Shown here piece by piece: positions 37,955 through 50,809 of a stretch of 64,000 bases of DNA (positions are counted from its first letter, which is position 1; each line of letters opens with the position of its first letter). This stretch comes from Phoronis australis. Its lineage: Eukaryota; Animalia; Phoronida. Where the stretch lies: contig NMRA01000244.1 in assembly GCA_002633005.1 (NCBI GenBank), positions 41,866 to 105,865 of the forward strand, given 5' to 3'. The notes under the pieces are model-generated. The model ran no database searches, was not told where the DNA came from, and worked only from the letters and a program-made list of their open reading frames with translations. Both the position numbers and the translations under genes were made by a program.

Positions 37955-38818
37955 GTTAACTGACTATTAAAAGTAAACACTGGTTATGTTGAGCAGGGAC
38001 CTTTGGTTGTGTTGAGCAGGGATCACTGGTTATGTTGAGCAGGGACCACAGGTTATGTTGACCTGGGTTCACTACATATTCCAGTATTCAACAAGACCTG
38101 CTCCATTTTGTGTTATTGGAAAAATGGAGACAACTGACACTCCTTTAACAGGGAATTTTATTGTTTAATTGTGTCTTGCTGGGGAGGGGGCAGTATTTCC
38201 TCAGTATTTTGCTTCCTACAATTTTGGCATGGGAATGACAGCCCTTAAGGTGCACTTATTCAGAATAGGAGTTGCACAAATTCGTGTGTTGCAATCTCTA
38301 TTAAAGCTTCACTTTGCCCTGGTTGCTAAAAACGAAAATCCTATTGGGTCTTTTAGTCTCATAAAATCAGTTTCATAATATTCCTTGCTGTGACAGTATT
38401 CCGTTTCAGTTACCAACAAGGACACCAGTGATTCTTGGTTGTTGTGTCTCTTATATCTGAAGTGTTTTGGGTTTTAACCAATATCACGCTCATGTAACCT
38501 TGAAATATTGTGGAATGAGAAGATAAGTCAAGAAGGAGGCAATGCAGACATGCACCATTTTCGAAAACACAATTTTAGAGTTTTCTATCCCCAATAAACT
38601 CCTAAGCGTTTTCTCTTATCGCCATCGTTTTCGATGTTTTTGTTAGAAACGAAAACAGAATCGGTATTCTGGTGAGGAACACCAAACAGATTTTATGAGA
38701 GTAAAAGACCTTTTTCGATTTTAGTCAGATCAACAGGGTGTAATGTAGTTTTAACATGTTAAATGTACTGTCGATTGTAGATACAAAAAGAACGGTTGTC
38801 TGGAATCTTATCTTATAA

Positions 38819-38919
38819 TTATTGAGCACGAGGAATAAGGAATGAATACACGAGATTTTCTCGTATTTTCGGATTCCCTACGTATATATCCATCTTGGCT
38901 CCGAGGAGGTCGAAGAGGA
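38819..38919 (-). CDS. C45 hydrolase exon 10 (last)
   Basis: ttgcag|ILFDLLGAKMDIYVGNPKIRENLVYSFLIPRAQ followed by TAA. Confidence 0.88.
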
Positions 38920-41900
38920 CTGCAAGTAAAACAAGGAAGTCTTGCTGAAGTCTCAACATAATACGACACCAGGTTGTTATAATCAACAAATGTGTATGAA
39001 CACGATTGCACAATTCATTATAGGATCTACTGAATCATTTAGTACTGCAACAAATAAGTTCGAAGTTTATCAAAAGTTGCTGGACTGGACGTTGGCGGCT
39101 CAGATTCAAGTGATTTCGTATTTTAGACAAGGACTGGGATCATTTTCTTTGACAAGGGTACATGAAATGCATAAGCTACGTGTCCTTGCATTCGCTAACA
39201 ATAAGTTGGAAAAAAAATAATCACCAGTTTTGAAAAAAGTCTACTCTGCGTTCCTTCGTGGCGTTCTTTTTTTTTGATTCTTTGTAGAAAATGTTTAAAA
39301 TTTCGTCTTTAATTTGATGTTGTGTGCGCTTTAATTCTGACTGGAGCGACCCCTTGTGGTCAACTTGTCTCCTTGTATTTTACCCTGCATGAGGATAAAT
39401 TTTCGTGGAAACACAGGCTTACTGTTTGCGATGCACTGTGGGCGCGTATCAGCGCTTTTCGTTGCTCTCGTTTTGGAAGTGCGTTGCATCTGATGATATT
39501 GGGATATTTTTTCTAGTTGACGCTTAACGCCTGCCTTCAGGAGTCACCCTCGGGTGAACTGCGGCTTAATTAAAATCGGAGTTACGACCGGCGACTACCG
39601 AAATTAGACCTTCGACAAAGCGGGTCCTGGTTTTTCTAATATCTAACCTCAGTTACTGGTTTATCAAGGGGGTATGCGGCCACGTGCATTATTTTTACTG
39701 AGGAAATTGCCCCTTAGTCTACCCATTGCTGTACCTCTATAGCGGCCAGTGGGGTCTGAGTCTACTCACTTGTTGCGGACGTGAATCCCTTGTCTGATTC
39801 TTGCCATTTACGGTAGACAGGGAACTTTTCGTCTTTGTTGTCGCCAAGAAAGTTCAAAATGTCCTTGATAGTGTGCATGGGTTTGAAGTCCACGAATCTT
39901 GTGTTTCGTCTCGCAGTACTCTTCACATGACAATCCGCTTCTACTTCGTCAACCATTATTCTTGTATATCTGTTAAAAGATATACTATAGAAAAATGTGT
40001 GGCCAAACGGATGTTCCCCATATTTATATCCCCAGTGAGTGATAATTCTTTCAAATATAACAAGGCTAGGTGTCTTGGTCCCGAGGGGTCACCCATATTG
40101 ACAAGGCGCCTGTAGGCGTGTACAAAAAATTGCTGAGAAACCCCTACTGCGGGTGTCAGGTCTGCTAATTCTCCCCACCTCCGTTTCTGCGGAGTACATT
40201 TTTCTACCGAGGCTAATACAGTAGGCCTTTTGCGGTAACGAAATGGAAATTCAGGGACCGGCCTGTCGGACCTCGCGTGGGTCCCAACTGACAAAACTTG
40301 CTGAAAAAGTACCGCCTACCAGCAATTTTGGTACATGTTTGTAGGCACCTTGTAAATATGAGTACCGCCCACCCCCTCGGGTCTTGATATTGAAAATACA
40401 TGTGACAGATAAACTCAAGAAAACTCACATAACAATAATGTAAGCAGTTCAACTTTCGTTGTGCTTGACGTCACTCGTACCAATACAGGGCACTGGACTG
40501 AATCAAACACGCGTGAACGTTTTCTACACATCGCGCGCAGCATGTGATGATCACGTTTTCGCGCCAAATCGTTATCTCCCTCCCCTCACGGGAAACAATT
40601 GTATGGGCTTATACCTGTAGATATTTAGGCCTACTAACTGTACAGGTTTGTATAATGATTAATTTTTTTATTTGCATTTAGAAACACCTTCTGGCCTTCG
40701 ATGGGATTGAAATGAAAAACTATTTCGAAAGCTAGCCCAAAATGTGTCTGCTTATGGCAACGCACCTGTTACAGTGTATATAAGCCGTTGAGCACCTGCC
40801 GTCCACCACTTGTCCTTGTTGTATTTCAAACACGCTTACACGTGATTTACTCGAGGCATTTTCTGGACAAATCACTTCAATATTCCAGGTTAACGGGCGT
40901 GACGTCAGAGCGGTACTTCCAACATTGATACTGAAAAATGTGTGTTCAAAACACGTCAGCGCACTAGTATGTAGCACATGGTGGTAAATCTGCAAGGTGT
41001 CACGAACCTGTCCACTCAATCCGATTGCCGTATACGAAAAATCGATCGCCATGAACGGTCCTCTGTTTGCTCACCACCGATGTGGGATCTAGGATGTCGC
41101 GAGGCAGGTACCTACGACCATATGAAAAATACCAGGAACCTACAAACGGTAGGCCCCGTCGTTTTTTTTATCCTGAGGGTGAAGACAGGCCACACTTAAA
41201 CAATGTCTACGACATACTAAAATATCCCACGAAGTCGACAGAGTGGCGTTATTACTGCATTAGCGGTTCGCTTCACTGCATGATGTCGAAATGTCCCAGA
41301 ACTCATTCGCCCTTCCGCTTGTCGGATATTTGGATACATTCAATCTCATTCGATGAAATGGCAGAAGACTGTTCATCTCAAAAACTGAGTGACAGCTCCT
41401 GTGTACATGGTCCAATTTCTCGCCTATGCGAGAATCGTACGGGACTTCCAGTGTTTACACGCCAAGGAAACAACTGAATCAAAATTCAACGAAACCATAG
41501 CAACAGCAGAAGCTTTGACTGTCATGATATCATTTATGCTGTTTGACTGTTAATGAATATTTGCCAATTGTAGACCTATGCCAGTATTTGTTCAAGTTAG
41601 CAATAATTTTTACCAAGCTATGAACACGCACCCTACCGCAGTCCATGAAATCCTTACCATGCACAAAAATTGCTACGCAACTTGAACTCTAACCACGTAC
41701 ATTCGGGCACTCTTATAACACACAATTGTTAGTGCAACAATAGAAATAGTGGGTCGCACAATTCAGCTACGTGCATACAAACTTGTCCGTGCCATGTGCG
41801 CACCCAGCCTTCAATATGGGGGGCTCGAATTCCTAACGGCGGACAAAAAAATTTTTAAAAAATGAAATAAAAAACGGGCGCACCACTGTGAATTGCGCGT

Positions 41901-44900
41901 TTGTGCTTGTTTAGTAGATTTTTTCTCATTTTCTCGGACTTTTTGTTTCTCACAGGCGGACCTTTTTGCTGGTCTAGGTTCGGTAAGGGTTTCTGTGCCG
42001 TGGTGCAATATAGGCTATCACTCACCAAGTGCCTTGTGACATCCCGTTATCGTCTGCTTCAAGAATTCCAACAACTTCATGGATGTTTTGAGCCCTCAGG
42101 ATAGCTCTATAAATGAATGTTTTTGCTGAAACGCAATAATGTACAAGACTTTAATTCTTGATGTAACAACGGATACTGGATCATATACCCTGTGACACAG
42201 CGCCACCTATACTGAAAAGTAGCACTAACGAAAGAGTGTAACTCATGGAGTCAGTTTGTGACGTATATTGTTGCGCTTAAAACATACAGGGCGCCTGTCG
42301 GAGAATAGACAGGCATTGAGACAAATGTAGTGTACTTTATGTCACTCTATCCATCTGGACACTACTAAAGTGGCAGAGCAGGGGTGCGTAAAGTCCCTTT
42401 CTGGGTCCGCGACAGGATCCGTAGGCAATGTACAATGAATGCTCAGTTGCTTTACACACAAAGGTCTGTAGTGAGTGTTGGTGTACAATGACATCTAAGT
42501 ACAGGTGACCTTGAGCACAATTGCAGGCTGACAAATGACCCTATCGCTACTCAGCCTCACTGTTTTACGATAACAGAATTCTGCTTTGATAACTTGTTTA
42601 CTTTATGAAATCGTGGAGCGAGGCAATGTAAAAAACAAACTTACGTAGTTGTCTGCGCATCGACTTTCGTGGACGCAGAGAGTTCGCGGCGAACACAAGG
42701 CCGGAGTGGTTAAACCCTGGACAAATCCCAAATAGATAACCTGAATGGACGATATTTAAAAAATAAGCTGACAGTACACATTTCATGTTACAATATTACG
42801 TCAGTGCCAATTTTTTAAGTTTGAAAAGTTCAGATGCGAGCGCAACTTTTCTAAGCGCGAGAGACGACGAGTAGTCAATTTATTTTACCTCAAAGCCTTC
42901 CCTGCCGGCGTATTTGCATGCCTCAAAATTATTCTCGCAACTTAAATAATAGTTCAGTTACCAACGATCGCCACAGTTGTAAACTTTTCCTTGGGTAACA
43001 GGCGTTCTGCGTCAGTTTCATCGAAGATTGTCACTGAGGTGACCACATTCAGTCCGCTCAGATCAGCGTCCCCGTCTTCATTGTGGCCAATTGCAAACTG
43101 TAAAACATCATATTCGTGAACAAGGTGTTTTGGAAGTAACTGTAACAATTTTTAAATTAATTCTTTACTGAAACAATGGTTTCACTTTCGATGTGCCCGG
43201 ATGTTCTCTTTTACAGCTGATGGATACGCAGCCACATATTCAAATCCAGACCTTTGAAATCGGAAAATTGTTACACTAGACCCGGCTATTTTATTCCACT
43301 ATTCATCACCGGTCGCTACTTCATCATTTTCCAGTCCAAGACGACATGTTTCACCGACACTATGCACAACTGCCAAATGTCTTATACCCAAACCTGCCGA
43401 GACGATATCCGGGGGGGGGGAGGGGGGGGGGTGCCGAGGTAATGTGTTAAGTTTCGGGGATAGCCTAGTGTATAGTGAGCCAGTTATAGAGACGGCGACT
43501 TACAGTGTATAGTTATTGAATCTGTTAGCGACTGTTACAGTTGCTGTAAGTCATTCAACACATGTCAAGGCTTACCAGCACTCACTACTTGCACACTTTG
43601 GTGGCGCTGCAAAAAACAATTGTTGATTGTTGCTTAGGACACATTGCCTCGTTTTAGCATTAATTTAAACAACGCAAACGTGAAAGAGCGTGTGTTCCAA
43701 ATATGCAGAACCATTGTAATTTGGACACAACACCTCGTTTTCAAGCGTAATGGTGATTTCGTGCAAATAGTGAATTGGTCTTAGCATGACTAGAACAGAC
43801 ATTACGTAGAACAGTTTGTTTCAGCAGACTTTACGATCGAGTTTAATAAAGTGATTAACTCGAACCGGTCTTCAGTTTATCATCGGTCAATGACTACCTT
43901 TGCCCACCCATCCACCAGGAAAAAACGTTACAGTGGACCGGTAAGCCGTGGGATATCCTGTCCCGCCTACTGTCGTTTTGTGTTTTATTGTAAATGGTTA
44001 CAAGTACATTGAAGGTAGAAAATTCCCCCAACTTCATGGTAACATATAAGCAAAAATTATCCCCTATACGAAGCGGATGGCTCCAATTTCGACTGACACT
44101 GAAAACTTTTTTCGGCGACTTGGATTTTGACGCTTCTCAAAAGTAAATCAAAGCATTCGATACAAACCATTGCCATGTAGAACGGAATGCTCTATGGTAA
44201 CAGTCATATGATTTCAGAAACAAAAGGCTTGTTAGATACTTACGGTGTCATTGCAGTTGATGTGGACATTTGTGCAACCAGATCCCGGATAGCAAGATGA
44301 CATCTGGCGGTCCTTAGAAAAGGGCATCAACTCGTTGACGATGTTAGAAGCGAAAACCTGAAGTGAATATTACGATCTGTGTGATGAGCAGCGACCGATC
44401 AAAGCAATCTACTATGGACCGATCCTGGTGGTGAAATCAGGAACCGTTCCGCAATAAAGCCCGCTACCCATAAAGCGAGAGCCCCCGCGGCCTAACGTGA
44501 AAGTTTGCCATCCATAAAGCACTACACGAAATTTCATTTCCACTGGAGACAAGTTTTTACAATTCGAACTGATGAAACTCCGATCAATTTAAGAAATTGA
44601 ACCACACGTGTGGCTGTTTCGGAGGTGACAGAAAACGAAAAATGTCCACTTTAGTTTAAAACTTCATGAAAAGGATATTAACAAAAAATTAATTTAGTAA
44701 AAAATTATTCCCAAGTAATGTTCATTCAACACAATTCCAAATGTTTTCAAACTTAGCTGAGCTTGATATGACCTTTTCAGTTTAACTTTATGTTGGTCAC
44801 GGATGCACCACCGATCTAAAATGGCCGCCGTAGTGAGTGACAGGTAACTCGTGCATTATGGGTACTCAACTCACTCAACTGCCGCCAAATGTAAAGAAGC

Positions 44901-47900
44901 TTCCGAGGAAACCTTGCAAACTTTAAATAAATAACAGTGTTGCTTCGACATCAGACAAGACAAAAATCAAAATGAAAGCCACAAGAAACCCCAGTGTAGA
45001 AACTTCTTACGTTTCTGAAGGGTACTCCGGCGCCATCAGCGAGGCCCTCCAATTCGGTTACGTACTCGGGAAAGGCTTTTTTGCAGGCTTGATGGTATTC
45101 GTGGTAAATCTGGACAAAACAAGTACATGAAGCAAATGCAAAACTATAATAAGACACAAAACTTCAGGACACTTACTGAAGTTGTTACCTGTGTCCAGTT
45201 GCATGAAACAATTCCAAACAGGGACTCAAAAAAATATTTCTGCGTAATTTTTTCGTTCTCTACTCACACATGTAATCCTTGACCATCACTTTATCCTAAT
45301 TATAAGTAATGACATTTTTTAATTATATGACTAAGAACTGAACTCTTAGTTCAATGAAAATATACAGAGACTGAGGGCAATGCAAGAGAAAATCCCTACT
45401 TATTCCCAATTGTATTGACAAAGATAAAATTAAAACAGCATGCGTAAGGACAATCACTGTTTTCACAAGGCCAAAAATATGAAGTAGATTTGAGAACTTT
45501 AGTCTTTGGGGTCCTATTTTATGCAACCTAATTGTGGCTCCTTCGCCTGGGGATTGATGACTGACGGCTTCCCGCGAAAACTGCATCACCTTCTGCTGAC
45601 GTTCATTGATAACGATTACAGGACCTTGGACCATCAGTCAGAATACAACTTATGTTCGAAGAGGGATTACTTTTCCACCCAGACAAAACCACGTGACACA
45701 AGGGAACAGGGAAGGGCTGTTACCGACTCAAGTAATGAAAATATAGTAAAATGACAAAAAATGTCGGTAGATTGACGTAGAATTGAAACTAGGCAATATT
45801 TAACAAGATTTCACAGTTCTGATGTACTACAGTTCATATGCAGTTGATATCTTTAGCATTTGACTGGCAATGTTTGAGATTTTTTCTGGTGACACCGACT
45901 GAATTTTCCGCAATTACTGTTAGAGAATGCAAGGAAACATGGCTCACACGAATCAAACATTTTGTTTCCGTTGGATATATAAGAGGAACTAGGATTTTAT
46001 TTTTGAGTATTAACCGTCTTATTCGCCAAACTCGAATCCAGGTACATGTCATTATATAATAGTGTTGGATGGTTTCCAGGTCTGTTGCATTAACTACGTA
46101 AGCCAACATTCATAGCGTGTCGCCAGCCGCCTAGAGCGACATCTTTCGTGAAAATGGACTTGTTGGTGAACCGTCACGGTACCGTAAGATGGGGTGTAGG
46201 TGGCAGTTTTTGAGCTTTTTTGAGTTTTTTTACTGGGCCCCTGAAATCTCTTGGAACATGGCACGTCCCCTCGGTACCGCTGCAGTCCTGTCTATATATG
46301 TGTAGTATACAATCTCTGAAATGATGTTGCAACAAAAAGCTTCAACGTAGCAAGAATGCAGCAATCAGTGAATCCTCAATTAAGCTTTTGAGTAAAAATT
46401 TCCTAATTTTGACCTCAACTACTTTTCTGTGAATGAGTAGCACGATCGAGGATGTCGGTACACTTACCTGGGCACCGAACTTCGTATCAAGGAATGGAAT
46501 TAAACTGTCGTTCATCGAACGGTGTTCACGGTGAAAGCGTTGCATTTCCGCGCTGTACAACTGACCCTGCAAGTGGAACAGCACTCAACTGTTACCTGTC
46601 TTAGCACACCTGCACGGCCTCTTGTGATATTGCACGAAACAGCTGGCGGGGTGTGTTCAGTAGACGCTAGGACCTACGCTAGGACCTAGCTAAAACCTAG
46701 TCAAAGCCACGTACGTGCTCTCATTTAAAATGCACGGCGATATCTCACGTAATCTCGCGAAGTCTTGCTTTTTAGGGAGGTCCTAGCGTTACTGAACGGG
46801 AGGCTGGATCAGGCGCTTCCATGATGAGCGACTCCTCTAAATTCCGGCTTCGATCCCTTCAACACCAATTCGGACCAGCACTACACCCGCTGTTAAAATT
46901 CCCCTTCCTCGCCCCTAAAACTCTTACTCCAGGCGCCGAAATACTCCATCGGTGACCAAACTCCATAATTATCAGCTAGGGGACCAAACTAAATATAAGG
47001 AGACAAAATTCCAGACCCTAAATATTCGTGCACGTGAGGAATCAACAACGTTCTGCGGCCAAGTAAGTGGGAATACGTGTTTCACTTACATTTTTTCTGG
47101 TAAGTTCCATGAATCACTGAGACAATTAGACAACACGTTGGTGTTGATTTCCAAAGCTCAAATAGTGTGTAGTCTGATGGTATCGAGATAGGCCTACGAA
47201 GCTATTTTTGTGTGGGTATAAATGAGTATTAGAGGAAATCTATTTCAAAATTAATATTAAGATCATCTTCTCCAGCAATGTGATAGTATACTGAGCACCA
47301 TGTTTTCGGGCTCAATCGTCGTTTAGCTACCAGTTTCTAACTCCGAAGGAAGTTATAATTACCAAGGTACAAACATGTTAAATAGTTGTTATATTTCTAG
47401 ACGACGTGTCTCATCGTGTCTCCACAACGTTTATTTCACCTACTGCCTGATATGATGAGACGTGTCGTCTCGAAACATAGCTATAGCTATTTTAACTGGT
47501 CACTGTACGTTAAATCTCTTGGGTACGTGTTTTGCTTCATAACTGCACACCTGTATGTAGATAGTAGATTATAAAGAGAGTACGAATGAGAAATGTATTA
47601 AGCTGTCTAACAAAAAGTACAATATCGTGCCTTCAACCAAGTTTGTGTCAATGGAGGCCAGCGCTAGTACCGAACTATACTGATCAGGGGCAGATTCAGG
47701 AAATTAGTGTAAAAAGTAAAACATCAAGTTCCACTTTCAGAATATCAAAGTATACTGTCGCAACTTAAGCTCTATAGTTTTGTAGATAGCTAAATTCGCA
47801 TATCAGCTAGGTGCTGCTCATTAACTCGTGTACCTTACAGATCGGTTCTACATTAAGTGAACAGTGAGCTGGGTAAAATGAATTCTTTGTCGGCTACTTT

Positions 47901-48213
47901 TAATGCAATGAATTATGAAAATAAACATCAAGCACATGTATCACATCTATCACATTTCAATGAACATTTTCCTTGCTCTTGAGACCCCAACTGAGCTGTC
48001 ACTAGACCTAACTAGCTGCTGAGTTTACACAGAGTTAGGGGCCACTTGAGGCTTCCTAGTGCAACTGAGATGTCCCAACGGAAAACACAAATGTATCAGT
48101 ACGAAACAGTGGGATATTAGAAGTTGCCACACATAACTTACAAATTGATAACCGACTTGGTAGTGGGTTCCTCCTATTTCAACGTACGGCATATCAGATG
48201 GCGTCTCTGTCAT
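38819..48213 (-). CDS. Peptidase C45 / Ntn cysteine hydrolase (tan-like beta-alanyl-amine hydrolase / acyl-CoA:6-APA acyltransferase-like), 10 exons, about 393 aa
   Basis: EIGGTHYQVGYQFG; FPEYVTELEGLADGAGVPF; autocleavage motif G|CT (Cys about 118); GHNEDG; GFNHSGLVFAANSL; HCN; LGD...FPVYR; ATILFDL; all junctions phase-consistent (1182 nt). Confidence 0.9.
39770..39969 (-). CDS. C45 hydrolase exon 9
   Basis: taacag|YTRIMVDEV...STARR...ILNFLGDNKDEKFPVYR...TSAT A|gtgagt. Confidence 0.9.
40081..40380. mobile_element. 300 bp MITE with about 55 bp imperfect TIRs and a 3 bp TSD (GTC)
   Basis: ccgagggg...catattgacaaggcgcct...aaaattgctg / cagcaatttt...aggcaccttgtaaatatg...cccctcgg; gtc on both flanks. 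Confidence 0.75.
40766..40930 (-). CDS. C45 hydrolase exon 8
   Basis: ttttcag|INVGST...WNIEV...YIHCN AG|gtgcgt. Confidence 0.87.
42026..42125 (-). CDS. C45 hydrolase exon 7 (not in the ORF track)
   Basis: tttcag|PKTFIYRAILRAQNIHEVVGILEADDNGMSQGT TG|gtgagt. Confidence 0.88.
42645..42740 (-). CDS. C45 hydrolase exon 6
   Basis: attcag|GYLFGICPGFNHSGLVFAANSLRPRKSMRRQL C|gtaagt. Confidence 0.9.
42962..43097 (-). CDS. C45 hydrolase exon 5
   Basis: ttacag|FAIGHNEDG...KEKFTTVAIV G|gtaact. Confidence 0.9.
44244..44357 (-). CDS. C45 hydrolase exon 4 (catalytic Cys; not in the ORF track)
   Basis: cttcag|VFASNIVNELMPFSKDRQMSSCYPGSGCTNVHINCNDT|gtaagt. Confidence 0.88.
45011..45109 (-). CDS. C45 hydrolase exon 3
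   Basis: gtccag|IYHEYHQACKKAFPEYVTELEGLADGAGVPFRN|gtaaga. Confidence 0.92.
46468..46566 (-). CDS. C45 hydrolase exon 2
   Basis: ttgcag|GQLYSAEMQRFHREHRSMNDSLIPFLDTKFGAQ|gtaagt. Confidence 0.88.
46651..46806 (+). mobile_element. MITE family C, copy 1 (intron 1 of the C45 gene)
   Basis: Subterminal inverted repeats gttcagtagacgctaggacct / aggtcctagcgttactgaac; near-identical to the copies at 48.8-49.06 kb. Confidence 0.85.
48142..48213 (-). CDS. C45 hydrolase exon 1
   Basis: gccATG ... MTETPSDMPYVEIGGTHYQVGYQF|gtaagt. Confidence 0.88.
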
Positions 48214-48799
48214 GGCCGATTCCGGGTGGCAACACAATTAATGCTGAACTCGTTTAGTCGGGGTTACTGAAGCGCTAAGAGGCAAAATAATAAATTATGT
48301 TTTTACTTGTCATCCAACCAGTCCGTGAGTTATTGTGGAAGATATGGACACAGCTTATTGTCGCGGCCCCATATGTGTGTCATGTACTTTCATAGTCGAG
48401 CGAAAACTCGGTCGAAATTATACGAGCGTAAATACGGGCGACTTTTTCACCCCGGCGAGCGGACGGCGATACGGGTTCGCTTATATCCACGCCTATAATA
48501 AGGGTAAAGTGCAAGGGAGCAAAACAAATTTATAGCCTCAATCTTAAAGGACTATTTCCCAGACCTGTAGGAAAGGGCACAAACCATTTCATCTCACCAT
48601 ATTCTCATAATGTCACCAATTTTGTACCGAACTCCCCTGCGCCGTCCATATGCGGGGCAAAACCCGACGAGACAGCCATCAGAACTTGAGAAACCGTGTT
48701 TTGACAAAATTTCGCGGATTTGAACATGGAGACTATGAACCAGCGCACTGGTGGATCCGCAGTCAACTACTGAGTCTATGAGCCAGGGGGCCTAAACCT

Positions 48800-49057
48800 G
48801 CCTCCCGTTCAGTAACGCTAGGACCTCGCTAAAAAGCAAGACTTCGAGAGATTACGTGAGATATTGCCGTGCATTTTAAATGAGAACACGTGACTTTGAC
48901 TAGATTTTAGCTAGGTCCTAGCGTCTGCTGAACGCATGCCTGGCGTGCGTTCAGTAGACGCTAGGACCTACGCTAGGACCTAGCTAAAACCTAGTCAAAG
49001 TCACGTATCGCGAAGTCTTGCTTTTTAGCGAGGTCCTATTGTTACTGAACGGGAGGC
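48800..49057. mobile_element. MITE family C, copies 2 (minus, 48800-48940) and 3 (plus, 48942-49057, internally deleted), abutting head-to-head
   Basis: 48800-48940 is the reverse complement of 46651-46806; 48942-49057 is a direct copy lacking about 40 bp. Confidence 0.85.
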
Positions 49058-50809
49058 TGGATTTGCCGGATATATTTTTTTCTTTCACGTGTCATGTAGA
49101 GCCTACTGGTTAAGTAAACATGATTTAGGGGAGTGAGTGTGCGCAACACTTGAGCATTTTCTGAAATAAAGCAAATTAAGGTTGCCGTTATGCAAAATTA
49201 TGCTAATAATTTCCTAATCAAACACTATAATAGCTGCAAGTAAATTATGTTGGCGCTTTCGCCATCGATTGTTTCCAAGGTCACCGAATTTAATAGTGCA
49301 AGTTTTTTGAAGGATACATCGTCGATTTGCATGGTTCATGCAAGTTAAGGCCGCCATTATTCAAATTTCTTCTTGTGCATATGGTACCTGGCACAACACA
49401 TCATGATATTTGCACCTATATTCTTATGGTCAATTTGTTTTCATGTTGTCTGTACAGTGTACGTCTTTGTGTGTTGCAACGAGCATTACCCTTACGTTGG
49501 ACCCAGATGTCTCCCTTTTTGTCCTGAAGTCCCACTTTTCAATCCAATTGTTCCGTTTCTTTGTTCTTGAATGTTGATCGTGACAATTATGCAACAAGTG
49601 TTCAAAATAACATTGTCTCATTTTATGAATATTGTTATAACAAAATGTAGTTGTTGATCCACCAAGGAAAATTCATTGTAAATCGCAGAAAATCCGGTCT
49701 GCTGGACAATACTCACAAAATTAAACTCCTACAATCTAAGAGGCATGAAAATGACAATATGAAATGTTTGGGAACCATCGATGAGGTCATGAACTACTGT
49801 ATTGATCGCAAAGAGCTTGTGAGCTCAATATCTGATGGGGCGTACAATGACAGTGTGAAGGCATACGCCCAGCTTGACACTATCGGTACCTGTCTAGTCA
49901 ATGAATGCATAATGCATGGATGTTTACAAGAAATGTAAGAAGTATTTTACCAAAGCTCATAAAATTATTATAGAGGATTCCAGAAGATTTTAATTTAAAG
50001 ATTTTTGGAAAGTTGCCAATATTGCTCTTATGTAGTTGTGTTTTTCTGTGTAAATTAGGAGCTGAAAATATAGGACATCTCAGTATTCAAACGCTGCTTT
50101 CCACCGACTCGAGAGAAAAGCAAGCTTTGGTTTTAATGCATGCCCAATCTTTCGAAAAGTTAGTTCATTTGATCTTACGTGTTTGCGAGGTTGTTGATTC
50201 TAATAAAGACAGCAAAGGTATCAGTGGTTATTTCCAAAATCTTATTTTTTGTTGTTACACAAATAAATGACAGTAGTTTTAAATACAAATGTATAGCCCC
50301 CCCTAGAAAGAGAACCATTACATCCAGGATTTTAGCTATAAAACAATGGCTTTATGAGTGGAACAACATGTTAAACAAGAAAGAAGAATAAAATATACAG
50401 CAACAAGTGAGAACATATGAAAAAAGAGAATGATGTACAAAAACACAACAAACAAAACAAAAAGCTCAGCGTACATATCAATGCAGTTCCCTACTATGAC
50501 ATTTAAAAATACAATCACTAAGATATCTAAAGTAATAGAAAGTTACGGTGTTGATTCAAGGTGTGACAACCATATAGGAGAAATCTATTTTTTATGTCTA
50601 TTACTAAGATTTTGCAAATGTAACCAAACAAAAGTACGATGGTTGGGTCGGAGGTTGCCGCGAAAGAGCTGTTCACGCTCAGCATTATAGACGGGGCATG
50701 AGAGCAAGTAGTGAGCATCACTATAATTTCACCACAGGTTCATTTATGAGCAGAGTTATGATAGAACTTCTGAGAATTGAGGTACAACCCCGCTCGCAAC
50801 TGTTTAACG

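Noticed and set aside
45323-45754. ORFs in intron 2 of the C45 gene with a vague recombinase-like look
   Set aside because: No convincing motif; probably decayed TE sequence.
49651-49938. 95 aa ORF with protein-like composition
   Set aside because: No recognisable family, a TTG start and no supporting splice partners; possibly a TE relic, but I cannot support a call.
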